Shown here piece by piece: positions 46,213-56,064 of a DNA stretch of 64,000 nucleotides. A program made the translations under genes and the position numbers. Source of the DNA: an uncultured Acidobacteriota bacterium (GTDB lineage Bacteria > Acidobacteriota > Terriglobia > Bryobacterales > Bryobacteraceae). The stretch lies in assembly GCA_963737465.1 (NCBI GenBank), contig CAVTTC010000014.1, forward strand, positions 103,567 through 167,566, in the 5' to 3' direction. The notes beneath the pieces are model-generated. The model ran no database searches and was not told where the DNA came from. It worked only from the letters and a program-made list of their open reading frames with translations. How positions within the stretch are numbered: the first letter of the stretch is position 1; each line of letters starts with the position of its first letter.

Positions 46213-48376
46213 TTGAAAATGGTTTCCGACGGCCTCTGGACAGACCTCCTCCCGGAGCGGCGCGCGTACACTGGAAAGTTGGACCTTTCCACTCCGTTGA
46301 TGTACGTGAAGGGCGTTGGCCCGGCGCGGGCGAAGATGCTCGAATCGAAGAGCCTCGTCGTGGTTGAGGACATCCTCACGTACACGCCGTTCCGATATGA
46401 GGACCGGCGGAACGTCAAAACCATCGCACAACTGGCCCCGGGCGAGATGGCCACGGTCATCGCGGAGGTTCGCGATTCGCGCGTCACCGGGCTGCAGCGG
46501 CGGAACGTCGGACTGTTCCAGGCGAACTTCAGCGACGGATCGCGGGAGGTGCTCACCGGCAAGTGGTTCCACGGCGCGTACCTGAAGGATGTGCTGGTTC
46601 CCGGTGTCAAGGTGGCGCTGTACGGCAAGGTGGAGTTCGATTCCTACACGGCCGGCCTCACCGTGATGCATCCCGAATACGAGATTCTGGCCGACGACGA
46701 GGAATCCGACTCAGGGCTGCATTCGGGGCGTATCGTTCCGATTTATGAGGCCGCCGGTAAGGTGAATACGCGCCTGTTCCGGATGCTGCTCCATCGAATA
46801 CTGGGCGAACTGCCGGCGCTGGTGGACGCGCTGCCCGAGATTATCCGCTCGCGGCTGAGGCTGCCGGACCTGGATATCGCCGTGCGGACGGTCCACTTTC
46901 CGGGCGAGCACGACGATGTCCGGCTGCTGAACAATTTCCGATCGCCTTCGCAGTTCCGCATGATCTTCGAGGAATTCTTCTGGCTGGAGTGCGGGCTGAC
47001 GCTGAAGAAATCCAAGGCCCGCATTCGGACGGGAATCGCATTCGATTTGAACGATCGCGTCCGCGAGAAGATCAAGGCGATGCTGCCGTTCAAGCCGACC
47101 GCCGCGCAGAAGCGTGTGTTGGGCGAGATCGCGCAGGACATGGCGAAGCCGAATCCGATGTACCGGCTGCTACAGGGCGACGTTGGAAGCGGGAAGACGC
47201 TGGTTGCGGCAGAGGCGGCGATCATCGCCATCGAGAACGGATGCCAGGTGGCCGTGCTGGCTCCCACCGAGATCCTGGCCACGCAGCACTTCTTCTCGTT
47301 TCGCGAAATGTTCAAGAAGCTCGGCTACGTTGTGATCCTGCTCACCGGGTCGGGGTCGAAGCGAGAGAAGGAGCAACTGAAGAAGCTGCTGGCCGCGGGC
47401 CTGGCGCATGTGGTGGTGGGCACTCACGCGTTGATTGAAGAGAACGTCGGGTTTCAACGGCTGGGGCTGGCTATCATCGACGAGCAGCACCGGTTCGGCG
47501 TGGAGCAGCGGCTGAAGTTAGTCGAGAAAGGCGCGAATCCGGACGTGCTGGTGATGACAGCGACGCCAATTCCGCGGACGCTGGCATTGACGCTGTACGG
47601 CGACCTGGATGTTTCGATCATCGACGAGTTGCCTCCGGGACGCAAGCCGATCGTGACCAGGAATGTGCCTGAGGACCGGATCGAGCAGGTCTACAGTTTT
47701 CTCAAACAGCAGGTGGATCTGGGGCGGCAGGCGTACGTGGTGTATCCGTTGATCGAGGAATCGGAGACTCTGGCTGTGAAGGCGGCGCAGAAGATGTACG
47801 AGCATCTCTCGACGGTGGTGCTGCCGGGGTACAGAATCGGGCTGCTGCACGGACGCCTGCTCGCAGGACGAGAAAGACGACGTAATGAGCCGCTTCAAGG
47901 GCCGCGAGTTGCAGATTCTGGTTTCGACGACCGTGATCGAAGTGGGCGTGGATGTCCCGAACGCGACGCTGATGGTGATCGAGCAGGCGGAACGGTTCGG
48001 GCTTTCGCAACTGCACCAACTTCGCGGACGGGTGGGGCGCGGAGGCGAGCAGAGTTATTGCGTGCTGGTAACGGGCAAGATGAACGAGGCGGCGCGGGAG
48101 CGGATCCGCACCATGGTGGACTCGAACGACGGTTTCCATATCGCCGAGATGGACATGAAGCTGCGGGGGCCGGGGGAGTTTTTCGGCACCAAGCAATCCG
48201 GGCTGCCGGCGTTGCGGATTGGCAACATTGTGCGTGATGGCGAGATTCTGGAGATCGCGCGGAGAGAGGCGGACGCGTTTGTGGAGCATCCTCCGTCGAA
48301 GGAGGAACTGCAGCGGGCCGTCGGCTACATTCGCGATCACTGGCAGCGCCGTTATGGATTGGTGGAGGTCGGGTAG
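46213..48376 (+). CDS. recG: ATP-dependent DNA helicase RecG, frameshifted near 47857-47861
   Basis: Wedge-domain N-terminus, [17 protein letters not shown] and [10 protein letters not shown]. After LLHGRL the next frame continues [33 protein letters not shown]...[12 protein letters not shown]... to 48376. Confidence 0.9.
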
Positions 48377-48910
48377 ATGCGGGTAATCGCCGGACAGTTG
48401 CGCAGCCGCCGGCTGAAGAGCGTTCCGGGGTTGGACACGCGTCCTACTCCGGACCGTCTGCGCGAGGCCTTGTTCAATGTGCTTGCGCCGCGGATTGAAG
48501 GCACGGTGTTCGTGGACGCCTACGCGGGCACGGGGGCGGTGGGCATCGAGGCGCTTAGCCGCGGGGCGCGGCGGGCTATCTTCATCGAGCGAAGCCGGGC
48601 GGCGCTGGCGGTGCTGCGCGAGAACCTGGCCGAACTGGATTTGACGGCGGCGTCCCACATTGTTACAGGGAAGGTGGTCTCCACGCTGTCAAAATACCCA
48701 GCGGATATCATATTTTTGGACCCGCCCTACGAGTCGGAACGTGAGTATGAGGCGGCGATGGAAGTGCTGGGGAGTGAGGCGGCGGGGCTGGTGATTGTGC
48801 AGCATTCGGTTAAGTACGAGTTAGCTGGGGAGTGGGGGCGGTTGCGACGAGTCCGGCTGTTGCGGCAGGGGGACAACTCGCTGAGTTTCTTCGAGGCGGA
48901 AGGGGAGTGA
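48377..48910 (+). CDS. rsmD: 16S rRNA (guanine966-N2)-methyltransferase RsmD
   Basis: 177 aa with MRVIAGQLRSRRL, TRPTPDRLREALFN, DAYAGTGAVGIEALSRGA and LDPPY. Confidence 0.85.
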   Translation: MRVIAGQLRSRRLKSVPGLDTRPTPDRLREALFNVLAPRIEGTVFVDAYAGTGAVGIEALSRGARRAIFIERSRAALAVLRENLAELDLTAASHIVTGKVVSTLSKYPADIIFLDPPYESEREYEAAMEVLGSEAAGLVIVQHSVKYELAGEWGRLRRVRLLRQGDNSLSFFEAEGE

Positions 48911-49090
48911 TGGTTATCTGTGGGTTGAGTCCCTCCGTAGATCTGCCAGCCGCGCAGTCTGGATTTGGTCTGACAGCGGAGGTGCGAGCGTCGAGAAGAG
49001 TCTCGACGCGGCACGCAGGAGTGCGTGCGCCACTGGGAAACCGTGCACAGGATGAAACGTGAACCGCGGTATGATCACTATCACAGCAGT

Positions 49091-49786
49091 ATGCGACCTT
49101 TCATTACGTTCGCGTGTGCGTTGTCGGCATTGCTTGCGCCGGGTTGCAGCCGGGGCGGCGATGCGCGAAGTCAGTCCAGCGAGAGTCCCGCCAAACCGGC
49201 GCCGAAAACTGTCGAGCGAGCGGTCAATTTCGACTACTACCTGCTGAGTCTGTCGTGGTCGCCCGAGTACTGTTCGGGCCCCGGCGGATCGCGGGACAAA
49301 CTGCAGTGTGGAGAAGGGCGGCGATTCGGGTTTGTCGTGCACGGGTTGTGGCCGCAGGCGGCCGGCGGTAACCCGCAGAACTGCGGGGCTGCATCGAAGG
49401 TGCCGGAGTCCGTCGTGAACGCGATGCTCCCGCTGATGCCAAGCCCGGGGCTGATCCAGCATGAATGGGCCACGCATGGAACGTGTTCGGGGCTGGAGGT
49501 GGAGCCGTATTTCCAGGAAGTGCAGCGGGCGTTTTCCGCGGTGACCATCCCCGACGATTTCAAGCAACCGCCGGCTCAGGTGGGAGTGAAGCCGAAGGAG
49601 GTAAAGGCCAAGTTCGCCCAGGCGAACTCGCTGTTTCCGGCCGAAGCCTTTCGGCTGAGATGCACCGGTCGCTATCTCTCCGAAGTGCGTGTGTGCTTGA
49701 CCACCGACCTGAAGGGCCGGGCCTGCGAGGCCGATGTGCGCGAGAATTGCCGCGCGGACTCGGTGATTTTGCGGCCCGTGCGCTAA
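49091..49786 (+). CDS. RNase T2-family ribonuclease, predicted lipoprotein
   Basis: Start MRPFITFACALSALLAPGC (lipobox). Active-site blocks FVVHGLWPQ and HEWATHGTC. Confidence 0.8.
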   Translation: MRPFITFACALSALLAPGCSRGGDARSQSSESPAKPAPKTVERAVNFDYYLLSLSWSPEYCSGPGGSRDKLQCGEGRRFGFVVHGLWPQAAGGNPQNCGAASKVPESVVNAMLPLMPSPGLIQHEWATHGTCSGLEVEPYFQEVQRAFSAVTIPDDFKQPPAQVGVKPKEVKAKFAQANSLFPAEAFRLRCTGRYLSEVRVCLTTDLKGRACEADVRENCRADSVILRPVR

Positions 49787-50992
49787 TTGGTGGGACGCTC
49801 GCGCGGCGGAAGGACGGCGCTGAAATCGTTCTGAAACCGCTGCGCATAACTCGCGAGTAACTCGGTGATGCGGGCGTAATTGGGCGATCGCACGATGAGT
49901 CCAGCGTGATGGTCGCGAGCCATGCGCCACACCACTTCGGGATCGTGGTAGGCCGAGGTGTCGGGACGCTCCTGACGGGCCAGCGAAATCAGCAGCGCGG
50001 CGTAGTCATTGCGTTCGGACTTGACCGAGTACGGCGACTTGCCGCCGGCGATTTCGATTTTGGCCCACTCGCGCCACATATTGACGCCCGTTCCAGCTTC
50101 GATGAGGTCCGCGATGTGCGCTCCGCCCACGCGGGCGGCTGTTTCCAGAAAGTAGGCGCGGCCATCCTGATGGGCGATGATGTATTCGGTGTGGGACACA
50201 CCGCGGAGCAATCCGAGTCCGGCCAGGACGCGCTGGTTCTTGTCGAGCAGCGCTTTTTCGGTCTCCGATCCGTGTTCGAGCAGGCGAGTGGTGAAGATGC
50301 CGCCACCGTGCGAGACGTCCATCGGAGGGCGGCCGTACGCGCTGGCGACGGCGAACAGAATCTCGTGCTCATACACGATGGAATCCACGTGAAAGACGTC
50401 GCCGGGGATGTAGCGCTCCAACAGGTAGAACGACCGCTGGTCACCGAGTGAGTTGATCAAGCGACCAGGCTTCTTCCGCGGAATGGACCTTCTTGACGCC
50501 AATCGATCCGGCCATCATGCGCGGCTTGAGGACCCAGGGGGCCGGTACGCGCTGCATGTATTCCGACAGCCGTCCGTCGTTCAACACGTGGACGAATTCA
50601 GGGACGGTGAGGCCGGCCTCCTGCGCCTTCATCCGCATGGACAGTTTGTCGCGATAGTAACGGGTGGTGGTTTCGCCCATGCCCGGTACGCGCAGATGCT
50701 CGCGAAGTGTGGCGGCCAGTTCGAGATCGAAGTCATCGAGCGGGACGATGCGTTGAATATCGTGACTGCGGGCCAGATAACTCACCGCATTGATGGTGTC
50801 GGTGGTGTTCCACTTGCCCTCGACATCCGGCATGTAGAAGAGGTCATCGATGGATTCGGTGGGCCATACCGCTTTGTCTTTGAGACCGAGCGATGTGAGC
50901 AATAGTACGGTTGCCCCCTGGCGTTTGGCCTCCTTGATGAACTCGTGGCCCTTCTCATAACTGGCAATGCAGAGGATGGTCATTGCGGACAT
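49783..50992 (-). CDS. ATP-grasp domain protein, frameshifted near 50455-50462
   Basis: N-terminal part [21 protein letters not shown]...[25 protein letters not shown]. The next frame continues [27 protein letters not shown]...[13 protein letters not shown].... Confidence 0.7.
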
Positions 50993-51011
50993 TGTCGCAC
51001 CTCCGGCTGCG

Positions 51012-52902
51012 TCAAGTGCTCATGAGATAGATGCAGGGGCGCACGTCCTCTTCGGGGGTCCATTCCCAGTAGCGCAACAGGATTGTATAGACCATCAGGC
51101 CAGTTTCGCCTTCGCCGAGTAGCAGGAATCGCAGCGATTGCGCCACCAGGTTCTTGCGGCTGAGATCGAGGAAGATGCTGATGGGGTCGAGCATCTCGCT
51201 GACATAGGCGATGGTGTTGGCGATTGCCAAGGCTTGGGTGACGTCGATGACGTATTCGCCCGCTTCTTCGCGCACCGAGATACAGATCGGCGAGAGGAAG
51301 TCGCTCCGATTGTCGAGCAGGCTGACTCGAATGAATGCAATCCGGCCTTCGAGTTTGTAGTGCTTCGTGATCTCCTGTGTTTTACGCGCTCGCGTTCCGG
51401 CATCCAGGGAACGCACGGGTACCAACTGCACCTTCTTCCCTTTCATTTCACCGAACATCCGCTCGGCTTCCGCATTGGCGAAAATTGACACCCGACACGC
51501 GCAGTTCCGTTGCGCGGCGGTAACGGCTGAGCGCGCTCGTAGCGATGATGATGAAGATGAAGACGCTGGCGATGATGATGCCGTCGGGACGTTCAATGAC
51601 GTTATCGACAAGGGTGTAGGCGAAGATCAAGCTGACTATCCCGGCGTAGAACATCATTCCGGTTCTTTTTTCCGAGCGGAGCGCCAAGGTACTGGCCACG
51701 GCGGCGGACAGCATCAGCACCAGAACCCCCGTGGCGTAAGCGCCGCCTTGGGCGTCCACATTGGCCCGGAAGGCAATGGTGACGATGAGATCGGCTGTGA
51801 ACAGAACAATTACGAGTGGGCGCGAATAGGCGGTCCATTCCGGCGCCAGGCCGAGCCGGGGGAGGTAGCGCGGAATCAGGTGCAGGAGGCCGGCCATGGC
51901 GGACGCACCCGCGAACCAGAGGATGAGGATCGTCGAAATGTCGTAGAGGCTTCCAAATGTGTTTCCCAGCAGTTCGTGAGCAAGATACGCGATGGCCCGG
52001 CCGGAGGCGGGTCCGTTTTCGCGATAGGCGTGCGGCGGGATTAGCAGGGTGGTGACGAAACTGGAGACCAGCAGCGCCCCGCTCATGATCAGCGCGGCCG
52101 AACCGAGCAGCTTCTGCGTATTCTTGATGCGTTCATTGGGGGGATCGTCGTCGTCCGATCCGCCCTTGATCAAGGGCATGACGGAGACACCGGTTTCGAA
52201 TCCGCTCAAGCCCAGGGCGAGCCGGGGAAAGATGAGCGCCGAGGCGATCGCGATGGAGGTCCAGTCGCCGCGTGCGTGGAGTGCGGACTGCCACTCGGGG
52301 AAGGCACGGGGGTGGTGCAGGATTTCGAGAAAGGCTCGGCCGAGTACGACAGCGTTCAACAGCAGGTACGGGACGCAGACGGCGGTGGCGAGTTCGATGG
52401 CCTCACTGAATCCGCGGATGAAGACGATCGCGAGCAAAGCGAGGAGCCCAATGGTGAGGGGCATTCGGACGCTTTCACCCAGGTAGTGGTGCAGAAACGG
52501 ATTCTCGATGATGTGCTGGGTGGCATCGGCGGCCGAGAGCGTCATGGTGATGACGAAATCGGTGGCGGCGAATCCCAGCAGCACCAGCACGAACACCTTC
52601 CCCTTCCAACCGGAAAGCAGGTTCTCGAGCATAGCGATGGAGCCCTGTCCGACGTACGAGCGTCTGGCGACTTGCGCGTAGATGGGGAGCGCGCAGCCGA
52701 GAGTGACGGCGATGAGGATGGCCGTCGCAAGGGGCGCGATGGAGCCGGCGGCGAGAAGGGCGATACCGGGCTGATAGCCGAGAGTGGAGAAGTAATCGAC
52801 GCCGGTCAACCAGATGACGAGATACCAGGGGTGCGTTTCGCGATGACCCGAAGGTGAATCGAGCCGTCCGCCGCTTCGAAACCAGTTTGATACCCAGGCC
52901 AT
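51012..52902 (-). CDS. APC-superfamily-like permease with a cytoplasmic C-terminal domain, frameshifted at the A4/T4 run 51482-51485
   Basis: About 12 TMs ([21 protein letters not shown]...). ...[12 protein letters not shown] continues in the next frame as [24 protein letters not shown]...YLMST*. Confidence 0.65.
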
Positions 52903-52997
52903 GCGAGATATATGATAGCGGCTCAGCGGCGCTCAGCGGCGTGCGCGACACCACCCATCCTTATCCGGCGCTCTCCATAAGTGACTGAATTGATTCA

Positions 52998-53028
52998 TTG
53001 ACAGGTTGGCAGACAGCGTGCTTACACT
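52998..53028 (+). promoter_or_regulatory. candidate sigma70-type promoter with a 19-nt spacer upstream of the cus operon
   Basis: TTGACA (52998-53003), a 19-nt spacer, then TACACT (53023-53028). Long spacers are typical of MerR/CueR-controlled promoters, but I see no convincing dyad. Confidence 0.25.
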
Positions 53029-53038
53029 GAGAGTAGAC

Positions 53039-53389
53039 GTGATTCGCTCGATTCTCAGCATCGGCCTGGCAACGATCCTACTTACGGTGGTGATCTGCGG
53101 GTCATGTCTCGCCTGCCAACCGGGGTCTGCTCCGATGAAGTCCGGCGGGTGCTGCAAGGGTCATGGAAAGTGCCCGATGCCGGTCCAGAAGACGCATGCG
53201 GAATGCGGGGCTCCGGCGTTGGAGGCTTTCACTGTTGAGAAGATTTCCGCTCCCGACGTACCTTTGGTTTTCGTGGTGGTTCCGCTAGCTATCTTTGCTC
53301 CGGTTGAGACATCGGCGCCGGTGATTGATACCGGTTGCGACTACTCTCCTCCCGATCTTCGTATTCTGAACTCCTGCCTTAACGTCTGA
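53039..53389 (+). CDS. small Cys/His-rich membrane-anchored protein, first gene of the cus-like operon
   Basis: From the GTG at 53039 (the tracked ORF starts at 53006): TM SILSIGLATILLTVVICGSCLAC, then GGCCKGHGKCPMPVQKTHAEC, ending PPDLRILNSCLNV. Confidence 0.5.
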   Translation: MIRSILSIGLATILLTVVICGSCLACQPGSAPMKSGGCCKGHGKCPMPVQKTHAECGAPALEAFTVEKISAPDVPLVFVVVPLAIFAPVETSAPVIDTGCDYSPPDLRILNSCLNV

Positions 53390-53466
53390 TTTCTTCGCAT
53401 CGCTCCCGATATTTGCGGGACTGAAGACCCCGCGCGGACTGAAGTCCACCCTACAAGGAGACGATT

Positions 53467-54696
53467 GTGCGGAGAACCGCGCTTTGGCTGCTGTTTTCGC
53501 TGCCTGCGCTCGCTCAGGCCGTGAAACTGGAAGATCTTGTCGAGCAGGCGCTGCGGCGCAACCCGGAGATTCTGGCTGCGCAGAAGAAGTATGAGGCCGC
53601 GCGGCAGCGGCCCGCGCAGGAACGGTCACTGCCCGATCCGATGTTTTCGGCGGGTTGGAATTCGAGCGGGAATCCGCTGCCGTTTGCCGGGGTGGGTCGC
53701 GAGCCGGTGGCGAACGTCGGAGTGATGGCCTCACAAGAATTGCCCGGACCAGGGAAGCTGAGACTGCGCGGGTTGGTGGCGGCGAAAGAAGCGGATGCGG
53801 AGGCGCAGCAGTTCCGGGCCGTGCAGTTGAACGTGGTGGCGCGCTTGAAGTTCGCGTATTTCCGGCTGCACCACGCCTGGATCATGACGGACATCTACCA
53901 GCGCAATCTCGAGACGCTGCGGTCCCTGCTGCGAATGACGGAGGCCCGGTATTCGGTAGGGAAGGCGCCGCAGGCGGACGTGTTCAAGGCGCAGACCCAG
54001 ATGACGGTGATGGAGACCCGGCTCATCCAGATGCGGCGCGACATTAAGGCGCGGAGCGCGGAACTGGACAGCCTGACCGGCCGGCCGGGCGGAGGCATCT
54101 ACGGGCTTCCCGAAGATCCGCGCGAGGCCCACGAATTCACGTTGGAACAGCTTTTGGCGCGGGCGCGTGAGGAGGCTCCCGAACTGGCGCGCGATCAGAA
54201 GATGATTGAACGCGCGGGGACCGCATTGAATCTGGCTCGCAAGAATAACCTGCCCGACGTGACGATCAACGGCGGGTACTACTATATGGGCTCCATGCCT
54301 CCGATGTATACGGTCCGGGCGGATATCAAGGTGCCTCTGCGGTTCGGCAAGACTCGGGCCGAAGTAGCCGAGCGGAGTTATGAGGTGTCGGAGGCGCGGC
54401 ACGCGTATACGTCCGCGGCGCAATCGCTCGAGTACAGGATTCGCGACGACTATGCAATGGTCGAGTCGGCGCAGAAGCTGATGGACCTTTACAGCAAAGT
54501 GGTAATTCCTCAGGCAAAGCTCGCCGTCGAGTCATCGCTGGCTTCCTACCAGACCGGCACGACGGACTTTCTCGCGGTACTGATGAACCAGCTTGCGGTG
54601 TTCGAGTACGAGATGGCGTATCACGAGCAGATGCAGGAGCACTACCTGGCGCTGGCGCGCTTGGAAGAAATGACGGGAGTTCAACTGATCCAATGA
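53467..54696 (+). CDS. cusC: TolC-family outer-membrane factor (CusC/CzcC-like)
   Basis: 409 aa, intact, with a signal peptide and two repeats of the OEP helical pattern. ATGA overlap with cusB. Confidence 0.8.
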   Translation: MRRTALWLLFSLPALAQAVKLEDLVEQALRRNPEILAAQKKYEAARQRPAQERSLPDPMFSAGWNSSGNPLPFAGVGREPVANVGVMASQELPGPGKLRLRGLVAAKEADAEAQQFRAVQLNVVARLKFAYFRLHHAWIMTDIYQRNLETLRSLLRMTEARYSVGKAPQADVFKAQTQMTVMETRLIQMRRDIKARSAELDSLTGRPGGGIYGLPEDPREAHEFTLEQLLARAREEAPELARDQKMIERAGTALNLARKNNLPDVTINGGYYYMGSMPPMYTVRADIKVPLRFGKTRAEVAERSYEVSEARHAYTSAAQSLEYRIRDDYAMVESAQKLMDLYSKVVIPQAKLAVESSLASYQTGTTDFLAVLMNQLAVFEYEMAYHEQMQEHYLALARLEEMTGVQLIQ

Positions 54697-56064
54697 GGAA
54701 GACATTCGGAACGTTACTCATCATTGTGGTGCTGGCGGCGGGATTCGCTTCCGGGATCTGGTACTCGCGCCGGGCCTCCGCTCAATCGGGGAAGAAGGAG
54801 CGCAAGGTCCTGTACTGGGTGGACCCGATGCATCCGGCGTACAAATCCGATAAACCGGGCATCGCGCCCGATTGCGGCATGAAGCTGGAACCGGTCTACG
54901 AAGGCGGCGGGCCGGCGCCCGATGCGTCCAGGAAGGTGCTGCATTATCAGGACCCGCAGGACCGAGGTTACCGGTCGGATAAGCCGGGCATCAATCCCGC
55001 GACGGGAAACGACCTGGTTCCCGTGCACGAAGGGTCGGCCGAGAGTATGCCGGCGGGCACCATCAACGTGAGCGCGGAGAAACAACAGACCATCGGAGTG
55101 AAGTTCGCGACCGTGGAAGCCGCGTCGGGGTCCGAGATCATCCGCTCCAACGGCCGTGTCACTCAGGACGAGACGAAGGTGACCCGCGTTCATCCGAAGA
55201 TCGAAGGCTGGATTCACAAAGTGGACGTGGACTTCACCGGCCAGTTGGTGAAAGCGGGCGATCCGCTGTTGACCTTGTACAGTCCTGAGATGCTGGCCAC
55301 CCAGCAGGAATTCCTGCTGGCGCTGCGAGCCCGCGATTCGATGAAGGGCAGCCCGAGCCGTGACGCTTATGAGAACAGCGAGATCCTGATTGAGGCCGCG
55401 CGGCGGCGGCTGGAATTGTGGGATCTGGGTCCCGCACAGATCGCCGAGTTGGAGCGCACGCGCAAGCCGGTGCGGACGGTGACGCTGTACTCGCCGGCGG
55501 CAGGCTACGTGATGTCGCGGAATGCCTTCCCCAGCCAGCGCGTGACGCCGGAAACCGAACTGTACGCCATCAGCGATCTGAGCCGGGTCTGGATCATGGC
55601 CGATGTGTTCGAAACCGATATCCCGAAGATCCACTTGGGGCAGGCGGCGACCGATCACGCAACCGTACACCGGGGGCGTGAACATTCCGGCGCGGGTCAC
55701 CTACATCCAGCCGCAGGTGGATCCGGCGACGCGCACGTTGAAGGTGCGGCTGGAGGCGGCCAATCCGGCGATGCGGTTGAAGCCGGACATGTTCGTGAAC
55801 GTCGAGTTCCGCATGAGTGTGGACGGCGCGGTTGACCGTGCCGGCGGACGCCGTGGTGGACACGGGGCTTCGCAAGACGGTGTTCGTCGATCGCGGCAAC
55901 GGCTACCTGGAGCCGCGCGCGGTGGAGACCGGCGAGCGCATCGGCGAGCGCGTCGCAGGTCCTCAAGTGGACTGCGGCCGGGCGAGCGGGTGGTCAGCTC
56001 CGGGGCTTTCCTGATCGATTCGGAAGCCAGCTCAAGAACCGCCGTGGGGCCGTCGCATGATTAA
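54693..56064 (+). pseudogene. cusB: CusB-type membrane-fusion protein with N-terminal heavy-metal-binding domains; at least three frameshifts
   Basis: YWVDPMHPAYKSDKPGIAPDCGMKLEPV plus a degenerate second copy, then an MFP core. Frames change near 55660, 55810 and 55960: ...IHLGQAAT / ITQPYTGGVNIPARVTYIQPQVDPATRTLKV..FVNVEF / LTVPADAVVDTGLRKTVFVDRGNGYLEPRAVETGERIGERV / ..GERVVSSGAFLIDSEA. Confidence 0.8.
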
